Positions 1 through 10,759 of a stretch of 32,143 nt of DNA are shown piece after piece. Numbering within the stretch: the stretch's first letter is position 1; every line of letters starts with the position of its first letter. Source of the DNA: Ionaspis alba. Its lineage: Eukaryota. The stretch is taken from positions 1-32,143 of the forward strand of contig CAXUUL010000104.1 of assembly GCA_964255285.1 (NCBI GenBank), in the 5' to 3' direction. A program made the position numbers and the translations under genes. The notes under the pieces were generated by a model that was not told the DNA's origin, did no database searches, and worked only from the letters and a program-made list of their open reading frames with translations.

Positions 1-675
1 AATAGTCCTCCGTGATCTTATCCGTGGGAACCATACTCAAGGAGGAAACGTTGAAGGGGGCAAACAAGGATACTGTACGAAGGACATAACGAATGGGCTC
101 GATACATAGAAAGGCAGTGACGTTGAAGATGGGACGATCGACTCAAGTGCTTGGTTTGGTGGCTTGAGAATCTGGCAGACTCGTGATCACGGTTCCATGG
201 CGACCAACGATGCAATGCGACCTCAACCTGTAAGCTCATGCTCTACGTGCTTGCGCTGAAGCAATTGTCAAAATGCATTCCTCTTTCTAGCTCATCACGC
301 CATTATCAAGACATCACCAAGTGTCTCAGCTTCCCCACACTCCCACTGCAATTCTGCTGTCATTGGGGCGTAACTGTCCCCGGCCGCATCCTTCAGCTCC
401 TGCGCGCCCGGGTGAAGAGCAAATGACTCGTCGAGCTTCATCTTTCTAGACCACCCTGTATCCACTCACAAGATCTCAAGCTGGCGGGGCTTCGTATTCC
501 TAAAGTCGCCCTTTTCTCCATTCTACTCTTTGCCGGCATTGCTATCATTCTGGCTCTGCCCCTCCGATTTTCCTCGAGGTTCACTACTCTGTTCAGCGCT
601 GTCCGTCCTATCGTGAATCTCAAGCCAGCATTCTCTTCCACTACATCTACAACTCGACCCCTTACGACCTCCACA

Positions 676-3032
676 ATGGCACCTTCAGCGTTCAAGAAGC
701 CGCCTCAGGCACCTCCTACATTTACTGGGACCGCCGAGTCTATTGTGGCAGACACAAAAAAGATAATTGAACAATCTCGAGCGCTTCAGGACAAAATAGT
801 GGCAAAGATCAAGCCGGAACAAGCTTCCTTCGACAACGTTATGCTTCCAATGGCTCATGCCGAAGACAAAGCTGCTCTGCAGACGCACGTTCTGGGCTTC
901 TATCAGGCGGTCTCGACGCATAAAGAGCTGCGGGATGCATCTACTGAAGCGGACAAGATGCTGAACGAGTTTAGTATCGAATCGGCCATGAGGGAAGATG
1001 TATATAGGCTTGTAGACGCTGCATTCGAGAAAAAGGAGCAACTCGATCCTGAATCTCAACGCCTTCTCGAGAAAGAGCGCAAGGAGTACATTCGGAATGG
1101 GTTAGGTCTACCAGTGGGTCCCAAAAGAGACAGATTCAAAGAGATCAAGCAAAGACTAGCCCAGATATCTATTGAGTTCCAGAAAAATCTCAATGAAGAG
1201 AAAGGAGGCATCTGGTTCACTCCCGAAGAGCTTGATGGTGTTCCGGAGGACACTGTCGCGACCTTGACTAAGGGGGATGGAGAGAATGCTGGAAAGCTGC
1301 GCCTGACTTTCAAATATCCCGACCTGTTCCCTACACTGAATTATGCCAAGAACGCTGCGACTAGAAAGAAGGTCTTCGTCAGTAACGAGAACAAATGCAA
1401 TCAGAATGTTCCACTTTTCAAGGAAGCTGTTGTACTCCGAGACGAAGCGGCAAGATTACTAGGATATCCCAACCATGCAGCTTTTCGTATTGAGGACAGG
1501 ATGGCCAAGACACCCGAAAATGTTGATGAATTCTTGGGAGACTTGAGGGAGCGCCTTGCGGAGGTTGGAGCGAAGGAGAGAAAGATATTAACGGAGATGA
1601 AGAAGGAAGATGTCGAGTCAAGAGGAGAGACCTTCGATGGCCATTATTTCATATGGGACAATCGTTTCTACGACCGTCTACAGGTCGAGAAAGACTACCA
1701 GGTCGACCAAGCGAAGATCTCGGAGTTCTTTCCTATCCAAACCACTCTTGCTGCAATGCTTCAGATCTTTGAAAAACTGCTTGGCTTGGCATTTGTTGAG
1801 GTCGTTGGTGATGATCGAGCGGCGATCTCTCCTTCCGGCAAAGGTGAGGATATTGTCTGGCATCCGGATGTGCAGATATTCAGTGTTTGGAATGATGAAA
1901 GCGAGGGCAGCGGCTTCGTCGGTTATCTCTATACTGATCTACATCCTAGAGAGGGAAAGTACGCTATTTTCGACACCTGTACACTCTTGTTGCAAGCTAA
2001 GATATTCTCTTCAGATACGGGCACGCAGCCAATTTCAATATGCAACCAGGGTTTATTTCTGAAAATGGAACGCGTAGATATCCTGCGACATCGCTAGTCT
2101 GTAACTTCAGCAAGCCAATGCCAAAGAAGCCGAGTCTTCTCAAGCACGACGAAGTCGTCACCCTTTTCCACGGTAAGACATTCTCTCCTCATCCGAGCGT
2201 TGCAGATACTGAATTTTCGCTCAGAACTCGGTCACGGAATCCACGACCTTGTTGGCAGATGCCGCTATTCCCGCTTCCACGGTACAAACACTGTCCAGGA
2301 CTTCGTCGAAGCCCCTTCCCAGATGCTCGAGAACTGGTGCTGGACCCCCGGACCTCTCAAAGCCTTGAGTCAGCACTATTCAAGTCTCTCCGATGAGTAC
2401 CTCGCCGCATGGAAGGAATCAGCCAAAGATGAGCCACAGCCTCCGGAGAAGATCCCGGACGAGCTCATTGATAATATTATCAAAAGCAAGCACGTCAATG
2501 ATGGCCTCTTCACTTTGCGACAACTTCACTTTGGAACATTTGATATGACAGTCCACGAACCAAAAACTCATGAGGACATCGAGAAGACCGACTGTTCTAT
2601 CCTATTCAATAAGCTTCGAAAAGACATCACCGCATTTGACGGCCCTGAGACCCTAGGAGACGGCCTAGATTGGGGTCACGGCGAGGCTACTTTTGGGCAT
2701 CTCGTTGGTAAGTTCAACCTTTTTCTCTCGCGCACTCAAGTCTTCCCAGCCTCTGATCCACTTTCGCTGATTGACACTGACACCATTGTACAGGCGGCTA
2801 CGACGCGGGCTACTACGGTTACCTCAATTCCCAAGTCTACTCCTTGGATATGTTCCACAGCGTGTTTGCCAAAAACCCCATGAATGGCAGTGAGGGACGG
2901 AGGTACCGACATGCTGTGCTAGAGAAGGGAGGGAGCCAGGATGAAATGAAGAGCCTGGTCGATTTCCTAGGAAGAAAGCCAAGCTCGGAAGCGTTTTATC
3001 GGGAATTGGGGTTAGAATCCCGGCAGACGTGA
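676..3032 (+). CDS. mepB: Peptidase family M3 metallo-oligopeptidase (thimet oligopeptidase/saccharolysin, MepB/Prd1-like), ~720 aa; exons 676-1958, 2015-2172, 2225-2707, 2794-3032
   Basis: Splicing at canonical GT-AG introns restores DLHPREGK|YGHAANF, the zinc motif TLFH|ELGHGIH (HEXXH split by intron 2173-2224), DFVEAPSQMLENWCW and HLV|GGYDAGYYGY. All are M3A hallmarks, and the exon sum (2163 nt) is in frame. Confidence 0.95.
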
Positions 3033-3357
3033 CGAGTTTATGCAGAGGAGGGGAAGCAAAATTCCTCGCTGTCACTGCTATCCAACCTACTACTTGCTAG
3101 AGCTTGGAAGAATTGACCGATTAGTTACATGGAAAAGAGGGCTATCATCTACAAGATATATATGTTCCCATTTAGCTCGAACAATATCTATAGTAGAAAC
3201 AGAAAATCCAACTAGCTCGTTGTCAGCGTAATGAGGACTCCCAACGCTGTGCTTCGACACTGTCAGTCGTCGTGATCCATGCCCCTAAGTCATCGTAACA
3301 GCATCGAATCTACAAATCATATAGCCCGTGCTAACGATCCTCCTTTCCTCAGAAGCC

Positions 3358-5095
3358 TCACAACCTGGGCGTCAAGCGAACATACAACGGCTTCTTCTGC
3401 CAGGACAGGAAGACCTGCTGATCTGTCCAGGGGCCCTGAGCTTCGGTTTCTGGAGAAAGCTGCAGGTCGAAGCTGAAGATCATCTTTGTCAAGACGAGGC
3501 GAGTTTCTGCTTCGCCGAGTCTAGCAATGGGAGCGCATGTCAGTACGAGCGGGCTTCAGAGCCAAGGCCGATGGATGTAAAGGGGAAAGGCAAGGCAAAG
3601 ATTATAACTTACATCTTGCCTATACAATTTCTAGGACCGTAAGAGAAGGGCCGAAAGACATCCTTGTTGTCTGAGGCATAGTGAGAGTCGGATAGCCACC
3701 GCTCGGGGGCGAAAGTTCCAGGGTCGACAAAGTTGGTTGCGGAGTGGTAGGCGGCGTATTGGTTGATGCTTACTCCGGTCTAATGGAAGTTAGTAAAAGC
3801 GTGATAGAATGTCTGGATGCATGGGGATCAATGAGTTTTGGACTTACGTTTCCAGGCACCCATTGCCCACACACTGTATCGCCTCGAGGCGGTACCACGC
3901 ATGCTTGACCAGTCAATGCAGTCGGATATATTCGGTTGACTTCGGAAAGCACTGCTTGGACGTAAGGTAGGTCTGAAACAGACTGGACTGTAATTTCCGA
4001 ATCTGACTTGAAAGCACCTCGTACTTCGTCCTTGATCTTTTGCATGGTCTTAGGATTTTTCAGGAGGTAGTATGTGGCCCCACTCAGGTTCGTGGCAACT
4101 GATTCACTCCCTGCGATAACAAAGAGTGATGCATTGGACTGGATTTCATCCTGGCTGAGCCCCTTGCCGTTGCCGTTGTTTTTCATGATTGGGGAAATGA
4201 AATCCGGTCTATCTTTCTCTAGTCTCAAACGTTTCGATATCTTGTCAGTTGTATAAGCCCAATGGTCTGCTATCATCTTTTTCACTCGCCCGGGTATCAA
4301 AAGAGGAAGCAAGTGTCGGAACAGGGGAAATCGATTGCAGGCTCCCATGTAGGAAATGCCTTTCAGGTTGCCGAAAACCATTTGGACCCAAGGATGATAT
4401 CTTTGGTCTTCAAGACAGTCAAAGGATTCCGCGAATGCGAGGTCGCCAATAACATCAAAGCTCATCCAATTGTACCACTTAACAACGTCGATGTCGTTGT
4501 CCTGCTCCTTCCCTGCTTCTTCACGTAAACGTCTTATAAGCTTATCGGCATACAGCTGTACGACAGACTCCTGTTCTCTGCAAGCCTTGACTGAAAATGC
4601 ATGCTCGAGCACTCTCCGCATGCGCGCATGATCAGCGCGAGGAGCTGTGAGGAGGGAATGTATCCCGCTCGGAGGCTTTCCATATACTGCAACGTCCTTG
4701 TCGAAATCTTGGTGGCCTACTCTATGCCCGTTGATATCGTTCCATGCGGCGGCGTTGATGAAAGAAAGTTCTCGAGGAGAAATGCGGACGACGTCGGAGT
4801 CGTAGCGGTCGTGTAACTCCTTGACCCATTGAGGCAATTGTCCTCTTATTAGAGCGCTGGCGTACGGTATATGACTGATGGCTGCTACTTTAGGGCCGGG
4901 GAATTTAGCTAATGGGTGAAAGGTGATATTGTATAGCGCTGAGGTGGTATAGTACAACGCAATCTAGCCATTGTTAATTCCATGACTGCAGCAGTAGCAA
5001 CGCATTTTGGGTTGTACCAATCCTATCACTACTTCTAACGCTGTCAATCTACCTCCCACTGTCGCCCACCCTCCTTCATTTGATACCAAGGTCAT
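3358..5095 (-). CDS. Cytochrome P450, CYP65/Tri11-like, ~507 aa; exons 5095-5018, 4963-3848, 3779-3613, 3520-3358
   Basis: N-terminal membrane anchor followed by FHPLAKFPGPK, I-helix FVIAGSESVAT, EXXR (EVNR), PERW and heme motif FSYGPRNCIGK. Three GT-AG introns give an in-frame 1524 nt. The subfamily call is by resemblance only. Confidence 0.93.
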
Positions 5096-6772
5096 GGTCG
5101 TGGAATATGGAGTAGAACACTTCAGGTAAGAGCTGAGGCAGAATCGTCGAGTTCACTTTCAAACGTCAATGACGACGCATCATTCGAAGATTGGATCAGC
5201 TAGCGATCCTGCATCCGCAACTCGAATCTCAAGCCTTGTTTGGCACAGCAAGATGGTGCGACGCTGGGTGGGGGCCATGACACAGTGCTGCTATCGCAGT
5301 GCTATCAACGGGTCGCAATATCAGCCCCCCTCAATCTAGAAGCGGTAAGACCTGCAGCCTCATTCCGGTGAAGCGGGTGGTGGATGACCCGCGCGGACGC
5401 TAGTATGGCGCGCGGCTGCGGCACAGCGAGACGCTATTTCTCTAGCCCGTCAACTTCTTCATCATGACTCCCCAATAACAGGCTGCAAAGGGATGTTGGG
5501 ATGAGAACTATCATGGGGGAGATGAGGGCAAGGATGAAAGTATTGACTTGCAGACCCCTCGCACTACTGGGACCGGAGTATCTAGCCGTTCTATGCTTGC
5601 TTTCTTACCCGAATACTCACTTGGTGATGTTCACGCTTGTGATGTGATTGCATCAATCAGGATCCTAGTACTTTATTCACGGCACGCATTCTTTCTCTGG
5701 ACAACAGCATACTCGTATGTTGTTCCTTACACTGAGTCTTACTGTTTCGACGGGGCGGGTTGGCCTCTTTCCCCAGCTTGTGCTCGATTCCAGGCTTGAT
5801 TGGAGTTTGGAAACTAACAGTCCAAATGAACTATGGCTGCAACCGCCAATAGCTTGTGCGACAACAAACACTTTCCCTCATGACGCAATAACGGTACGCC
5901 CCTGGATAAGGGCCAAATTGAGTTTACTCGACTCAACTCGATTATCCGATTGTCTTCGGCAAAACTCCGTCCCGTGCTTGAAGCCAGCCGCCCACACCCC
6001 CACACAGCTGGTATGTCACCTTAATACCTCTTGTGGTGTGGTGATGTTGCAGTGGCCCTGCCGAAAGGGCCAACAGATCGTGATCTAGCTCTTGAGTTGA
6101 GGCATGGTGCCCTGCTTGTATGTCGTCATCTTTTCGTTGAGGCCTGAAGGGAGGATCTTCAGTCCTTACAATACAAGACATGTCCTTCAGATACGCAAGT
6201 ACGTGGGTAATTTTTGTTGGTACAGTCACAGACTAAGCAGAGTTGCTTGATAGCGCGCAAGCGGTTTGCAAAAATTGGACCGGTCGGGTCAGGGAAGAGC
6301 CATTTAACCGTTCCACTTATATTGCAAATCGTGTGGTGCACAGATCGGGCAAGATACAAGCAGATTCGACATATCAGTTCACCCCGCAAGCGGATAATCC
6401 AGCGTCGCTAAAATAATTTTACTGGCTCTGACTAACGAAATGTACCTTTGATACTGGGTATGCTTGGCAGTACATGCGACAAGCTTCCTCCCATGTCGTA
6501 TGGTCCTAGTTGTTTGGACTATGTTTTCGTGTAGAATTGTGCATTGTACCCTGCTTTTCATGTTGCCGCTTGGGGGGAGTTCTCGGATTGAGTTGTTATC
6601 CCCACGGCCCATCTTTGCGAATTCCTTCTGCATGATTTCAGATTCTAAAGTCCTTCCCACAGGTCGACTCGAGCAAACTGTCCGTAACGACCTGGTTCAC
6701 CTCATCTATCTTACGGAGGAGCATTTGGTGTCAGCGAGAGTTCGTGCACCAAGCTATTGAGAGCTGGTTAAG

Positions 6773-8570
6773 ATGAGCTTGGAGCTTCTCTCCCAGGTGC
6801 CCGTCTGCATTGTTGGTCGTCCCAATTGAACAATGCCACTCAGCGCTGGTAAACTGATTAGCTGGGTACCAGCAACCGGTTATCCTCAAAGGCCTAGCAG
6901 CCAGCAACTGTGGTTTCGATTTTGCATGTATATGTACCAATGACGCATTCTTGAGCCTGTTGCAAGGCTCGGTTGAGCAGGCATGTGACAGAGCAGACAC
7001 TGAGAGTCAGTCTTGATATTCACAAATTTGCCATCACTCTACTATGCTCGTCATGCTAAGCGTTGTCTTCAACCAGAGGTCCTCGTCTTTGCGAGAAATC
7101 TCTGTCTCAAGGCAGTACCCTCGTTGAGTGACAGTCGAGTACCATTGATTCTCGGTATTTTCATCACCATCGCCATACTCTCCGTCACTGCCGTCGTGTT
7201 GCGCTTGATTGCAAGGAAAATTTCTGATGCAGAATTTTGGTGGGATGATTGGTTGATAATATTAGCACTTGCAAGTATAAATCAACGCTCTGCAACTAAA
7301 AGGTGACTAACCGGTCATGCAGGTGTTTACCATAGCCGAGGATTTTAACGTCTTCGCTTGTATGGCTCTCTATCAAGCCGTCTTGAGCAACATTCCCACT
7401 CTGAGCTTCGAAGAAGACTTGCTAATCAGAGTTGTTGGTGCAATTAGCCGTGATCGAAGGCTTTGGAAGACACATTATAACTCTCAACCTCGATGAGCTG
7501 ACCGGGTTTGCAAAAGTAAATCTGATCTACCCGCGTGAACAAGATCCTCGTTGACACAATGTAGAGCTTTTTTGCAACCCAAATACTTTTTGGGACCGCT
7601 GTTACGACGACAAAACTCTCGATCTTATTCTTCTATCACCGGATCCTACCATCTCAACGATTCCGCACACTTTCCGTCATCACGGGCGCTATCATGATCG
7701 CGTGGTGGATCAGCTTAATGTTCACAGTCGTCTTCTCCTGCAAACCCATTCAATTCTTCTGGGACAAATCTATTCCAGGCGGCACTTGTCTGAATGAGAA
7801 TGTGGTTGCATATGGGACAACGGGTGTCAACATCGTTACAGACCTGATTGTCCTTTGTTTGCCTATTCCATGGTTATGGAATCTGCAGATGCCCCTATCA
7901 CGAAAGTTGAATGTTATTGGCATCTTCATCCTTGGAGGCTTGTGAGTGGAATTGTTATTGAGGAAATAGTAGTCTTACTAACGAGTCTGAACACTCAAGT
8001 GTCTGTGTGGCGGGTATTGTACGAATCCCACTTCTGGTACAGCTCGACCAGTCAGACACAACTTGTGCGTACCATGTTACGCATTACACTCCATGATTGT
8101 TACTCACGCTGTCTCCAGGGACAATCGTCAATGCGGGCATTTGGATCAACATAGAGACCAATCTGGGTATCGTTTGTGCTTGCCTTCCAACCATGCGCCC
8201 CCTACTTCTCCGCATTTCGCCTACTCTTTCCAAGCTTTCTGGTTCCCGCTCGTCACAGAGAAGCAGCCAGAGAACCCCTCAAGCCCATTCGTACGACAAC
8301 AAAATCCATCGACACGATCATTACGATGTCACCACAAGACCGTATGATGGTAGCCATGATTCGAACTGGTCTGGCGAGACAAGAGTTCTGGCGAATCCAA
8401 GGAGGAGCGATATTGACGGAAGGGGTATGCTGTCTACGAACAGATCGGTAGGGACGCAGCGCAGTTGGTATGGAAATGTCATGGCTAGCTTTGCAAGGGT
8501 GGATCGCGAGCACGAGATGAGAAGTCGGGAGGAGTGGATGAGGATACGCGAGCAGGGTGGTGTAGTTTGA
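6773..8570 (+). CDS. PTH11-like GPCR (fungal rhodopsin domain) with N-terminal CFEM domain, ~454 aa; exons 6773-6811, 6873-7005, 7077-7270, 7323-7359, 7448-7515, 7565-7941, 8000-8064, 8119-8570
   Basis: PTH11-family motifs LRLIAR..WWDDWLII, GFGRHI, KLSILFFYHRI, CKPIQFFWDKSIPGGTC, NIVTDLIVLCLPIPWLWNLQM and WINIETNLGIVCACLPT. Upstream exons splice to PVC...CGFDFACIC...C...C (CFEM). The exon sum (1365 nt) is in frame. The first two exons are less certain than the TM region. Confidence 0.88.
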
Positions 8571-9037
8571 ACTGTTTTTGTAGATATTGTTCCTCCACTA
8601 TATCCTCAGCCCGATGAATCTTCTCGAGGATTATGTATATGGCGTTCTATCCATCCGACCGCAAACTCAGTGGTATGCAATTGGTACGGTTGCTGCTAAA
8701 TATCGATAGCTACTGACTCGATGCTCAGCTTATTCGATTCTCCCAGCCTGTCTCTCCCCAACCAATGGTCAAGTAACTTGACTCGCCAAGTATCATCAAA
8801 ATAGTAGCCGAATGGCGAGTGTTAGGGGTTTAAAACATTCAAGTATGCTCCGCACACCGGGGACCACCTAAGATTGCCCAGTTAGCTGGCGAGGAGCCTA
8901 ATTTGGCTGCAAGTCATGGTCCCGCGCTCCCAAACTGCACGCACTGCCGGAGTCGGCGAACGCTGATCTTTCCCCGCACAACTCGCTTCACGCCTGATCT
9001 GCAGAATTGCAGATCTCTGACTGCACCAACAACAATA

Positions 9038-10759
9038 ATGTTCGCAGTCCCAGGCTGGTCAATATCTGCAGATATACTTAAAACACAGACGGACGTTTCT
9101 GCGAAGAAGCCTGAGAAATGTCCCATTGCTGACTCGAATGGAACTTCCCCCACTATCAAAACCTCGAAGAAGCGAAAACGAGGTCCAGAAAAAGGCAATG
9201 CAACAGCAATTACGAGTGAAAATCTTGCCGAGCTATGGGAGAAGCATATTGAAGGCAGATCTGCAGTAAAGAAAAATGGCAAAGTCCATACCACGGAAGA
9301 TACACATGAGAAGAGGAAGGAGAAGCGCACAAAGGGAAAGGAGAAAGAGACCAAGCAATCTACGGGAGATGAAGTAGAACATGCTACTGGCGTAAAGCAT
9401 AAGGATAAATCTGCTGGCAAGGAAGACTTCCAGAAGCGGAAGCAACTCAAAGAGGAGAAACGGGCGAAGAAAGCTCGTCTGCAGGCCAATGGAGATCTCC
9501 CACCCTTGAGACCGAAGTCATCTACGACCCAAGAACCTCAGGTCTCCAAAGCGCCATCAAAGGAAGCTCCCAAAGCAATATCTGAACCTACTTCGAATAC
9601 GAGCAACCTCCTCTCTACGTCTTCCAATTCAACCAGAGGAACTCCATCTCTTCCGGCTCCCGCACCAGCCCCAACCTCAACCCTAACGCCCCTCCAAACC
9701 TCCATGCGCACAAAGCTTCTCTCCTCCCGTTTCCGCCACTTGAATCAAACCCTCTACACTACCCCTTCATCTGCCTCTCTCGCACTTTTCGCTCAAACAC
9801 CCTCTTTGTTCTCTGAGTATCACCAAGGATTCAGCCAACAGGTAGCGGCATGGCCCGAGAATCCGGTCGAAGGCTTCATACGCTGGATCCTGGAGCGTGG
9901 TTTTATTGGTCTAAAAGGCACTGGACTGGGGAGCCAGAAGGCGCAGTTCAGAACGAATAAGAAGGGCAAGGGAGGCGCCGATGTCGTGCCCGTAACAACC
10001 ACTCAGGTCTTGGTATCAACGAACTCAGTCCTCGAGCCTCTTCCTCGTGATCGGCGCGCCAACATCTGTACCATCGCAGATCTCGGGTGCGGCACCGCGC
10101 ATCTCGCGGCCACACTTACACCGTCCGTAAAGTCTCTCCAACTCAAACTACACTCCTTTGACCTCTCTGCTCCTTCTCCTCTCGTCACAGTCGCCGATAT
10201 CTCAGCTCTTCCGCTTCCGCCCGCCAGCGTGGACGTGGCCATTTTCTCACTCGCTCTCATGGGTACGAACTGGTTGGACTTCGTGGACGATTCGTGGCGG
10301 GTCCTGAAATGGAAGGGTGAGTGCTGGATTGCTGAGGTCGGGAGTCGGTTTGTTGGACAGAAGGAGTTGAAGAAGGGCGAAAAGGTGAGAGTTGGTCATA
10401 GTGTCGGGAACAGGACGAAGTTTGGGACTGGGAAGGCGAAAGGGGGCGACAAGAAGGGGCACGCAGCAGACAACGGTGAAGAGGAAGACCTTACTGTCGT
10501 TGAGGCGGAACCGTCGGTGAGATCTCCTGCGCAAACTACGGCGGATGTTTCCGCTTTTGTGGAGGTATTGCGGCTGAGGGGGTTTGTGTTAAAAGGGGAG
10601 CCTGAGCTGGGGAATAAGATGTTTGTGAGGCTGAGGTTTCTCAAGGGCTTGACGCCAGTCAAAGGAAGGAATGCGCCTGGAAAGGGAGGGGAGGTGGGAA
10701 ATGAGGATGTAGAAGTAGAGGGTAAGGTTTTGAAGGCTTGTGTTTATAAGACGAGGTGA
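9038..10759 (+). CDS. RRP8: 25S rRNA adenine-N1 methyltransferase Rrp8, 573 aa, intronless
   Basis: Typical filamentous-fungal start MFAVPGWS, a Lys-rich N-terminus, LTPLQTSMRTKLLSSRFRHLNQTLYT, YHQGFSQQVAAWPENPV, SAM motif IADLGCG, FSLALMGTNW and C-terminal LKACVYKTR. Confidence 0.94.
   Translation: MFAVPGWSISADILKTQTDVSAKKPEKCPIADSNGTSPTIKTSKKRKRGPEKGNATAITSENLAELWEKHIEGRSAVKKNGKVHTTEDTHEKRKEKRTKGKEKETKQSTGDEVEHATGVKHKDKSAGKEDFQKRKQLKEEKRAKKARLQANGDLPPLRPKSSTTQEPQVSKAPSKEAPKAISEPTSNTSNLLSTSSNSTRGTPSLPAPAPAPTSTLTPLQTSMRTKLLSSRFRHLNQTLYTTPSSASLALFAQTPSLFSEYHQGFSQQVAAWPENPVEGFIRWILERGFIGLKGTGLGSQKAQFRTNKKGKGGADVVPVTTTQVLVSTNSVLEPLPRDRRANICTIADLGCGTAHLAATLTPSVKSLQLKLHSFDLSAPSPLVTVADISALPLPPASVDVAIFSLALMGTNWLDFVDDSWRVLKWKGECWIAEVGSRFVGQKELKKGEKVRVGHSVGNRTKFGTGKAKGGDKKGHAADNGEEEDLTVVEAEPSVRSPAQTTADVSAFVEVLRLRGFVLKGEPELGNKMFVRLRFLKGLTPVKGRNAPGKGGEVGNEDVEVEGKVLKACVYKTR

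Noticed and set aside
3358..3369. P450 ends in -PRL, a weak PTS1-like tripeptide
   Set aside because: The protein has an N-terminal ER anchor, and ...LTPR-type endings are common in fungal P450s, so this is probably coincidental.
8903..9037. In-frame TTG-started extension of RRP8 in the ORF track
   Set aside because: MFAVPGWS at 9038 is the typical start with good context, and the extension shows no clear targeting features.
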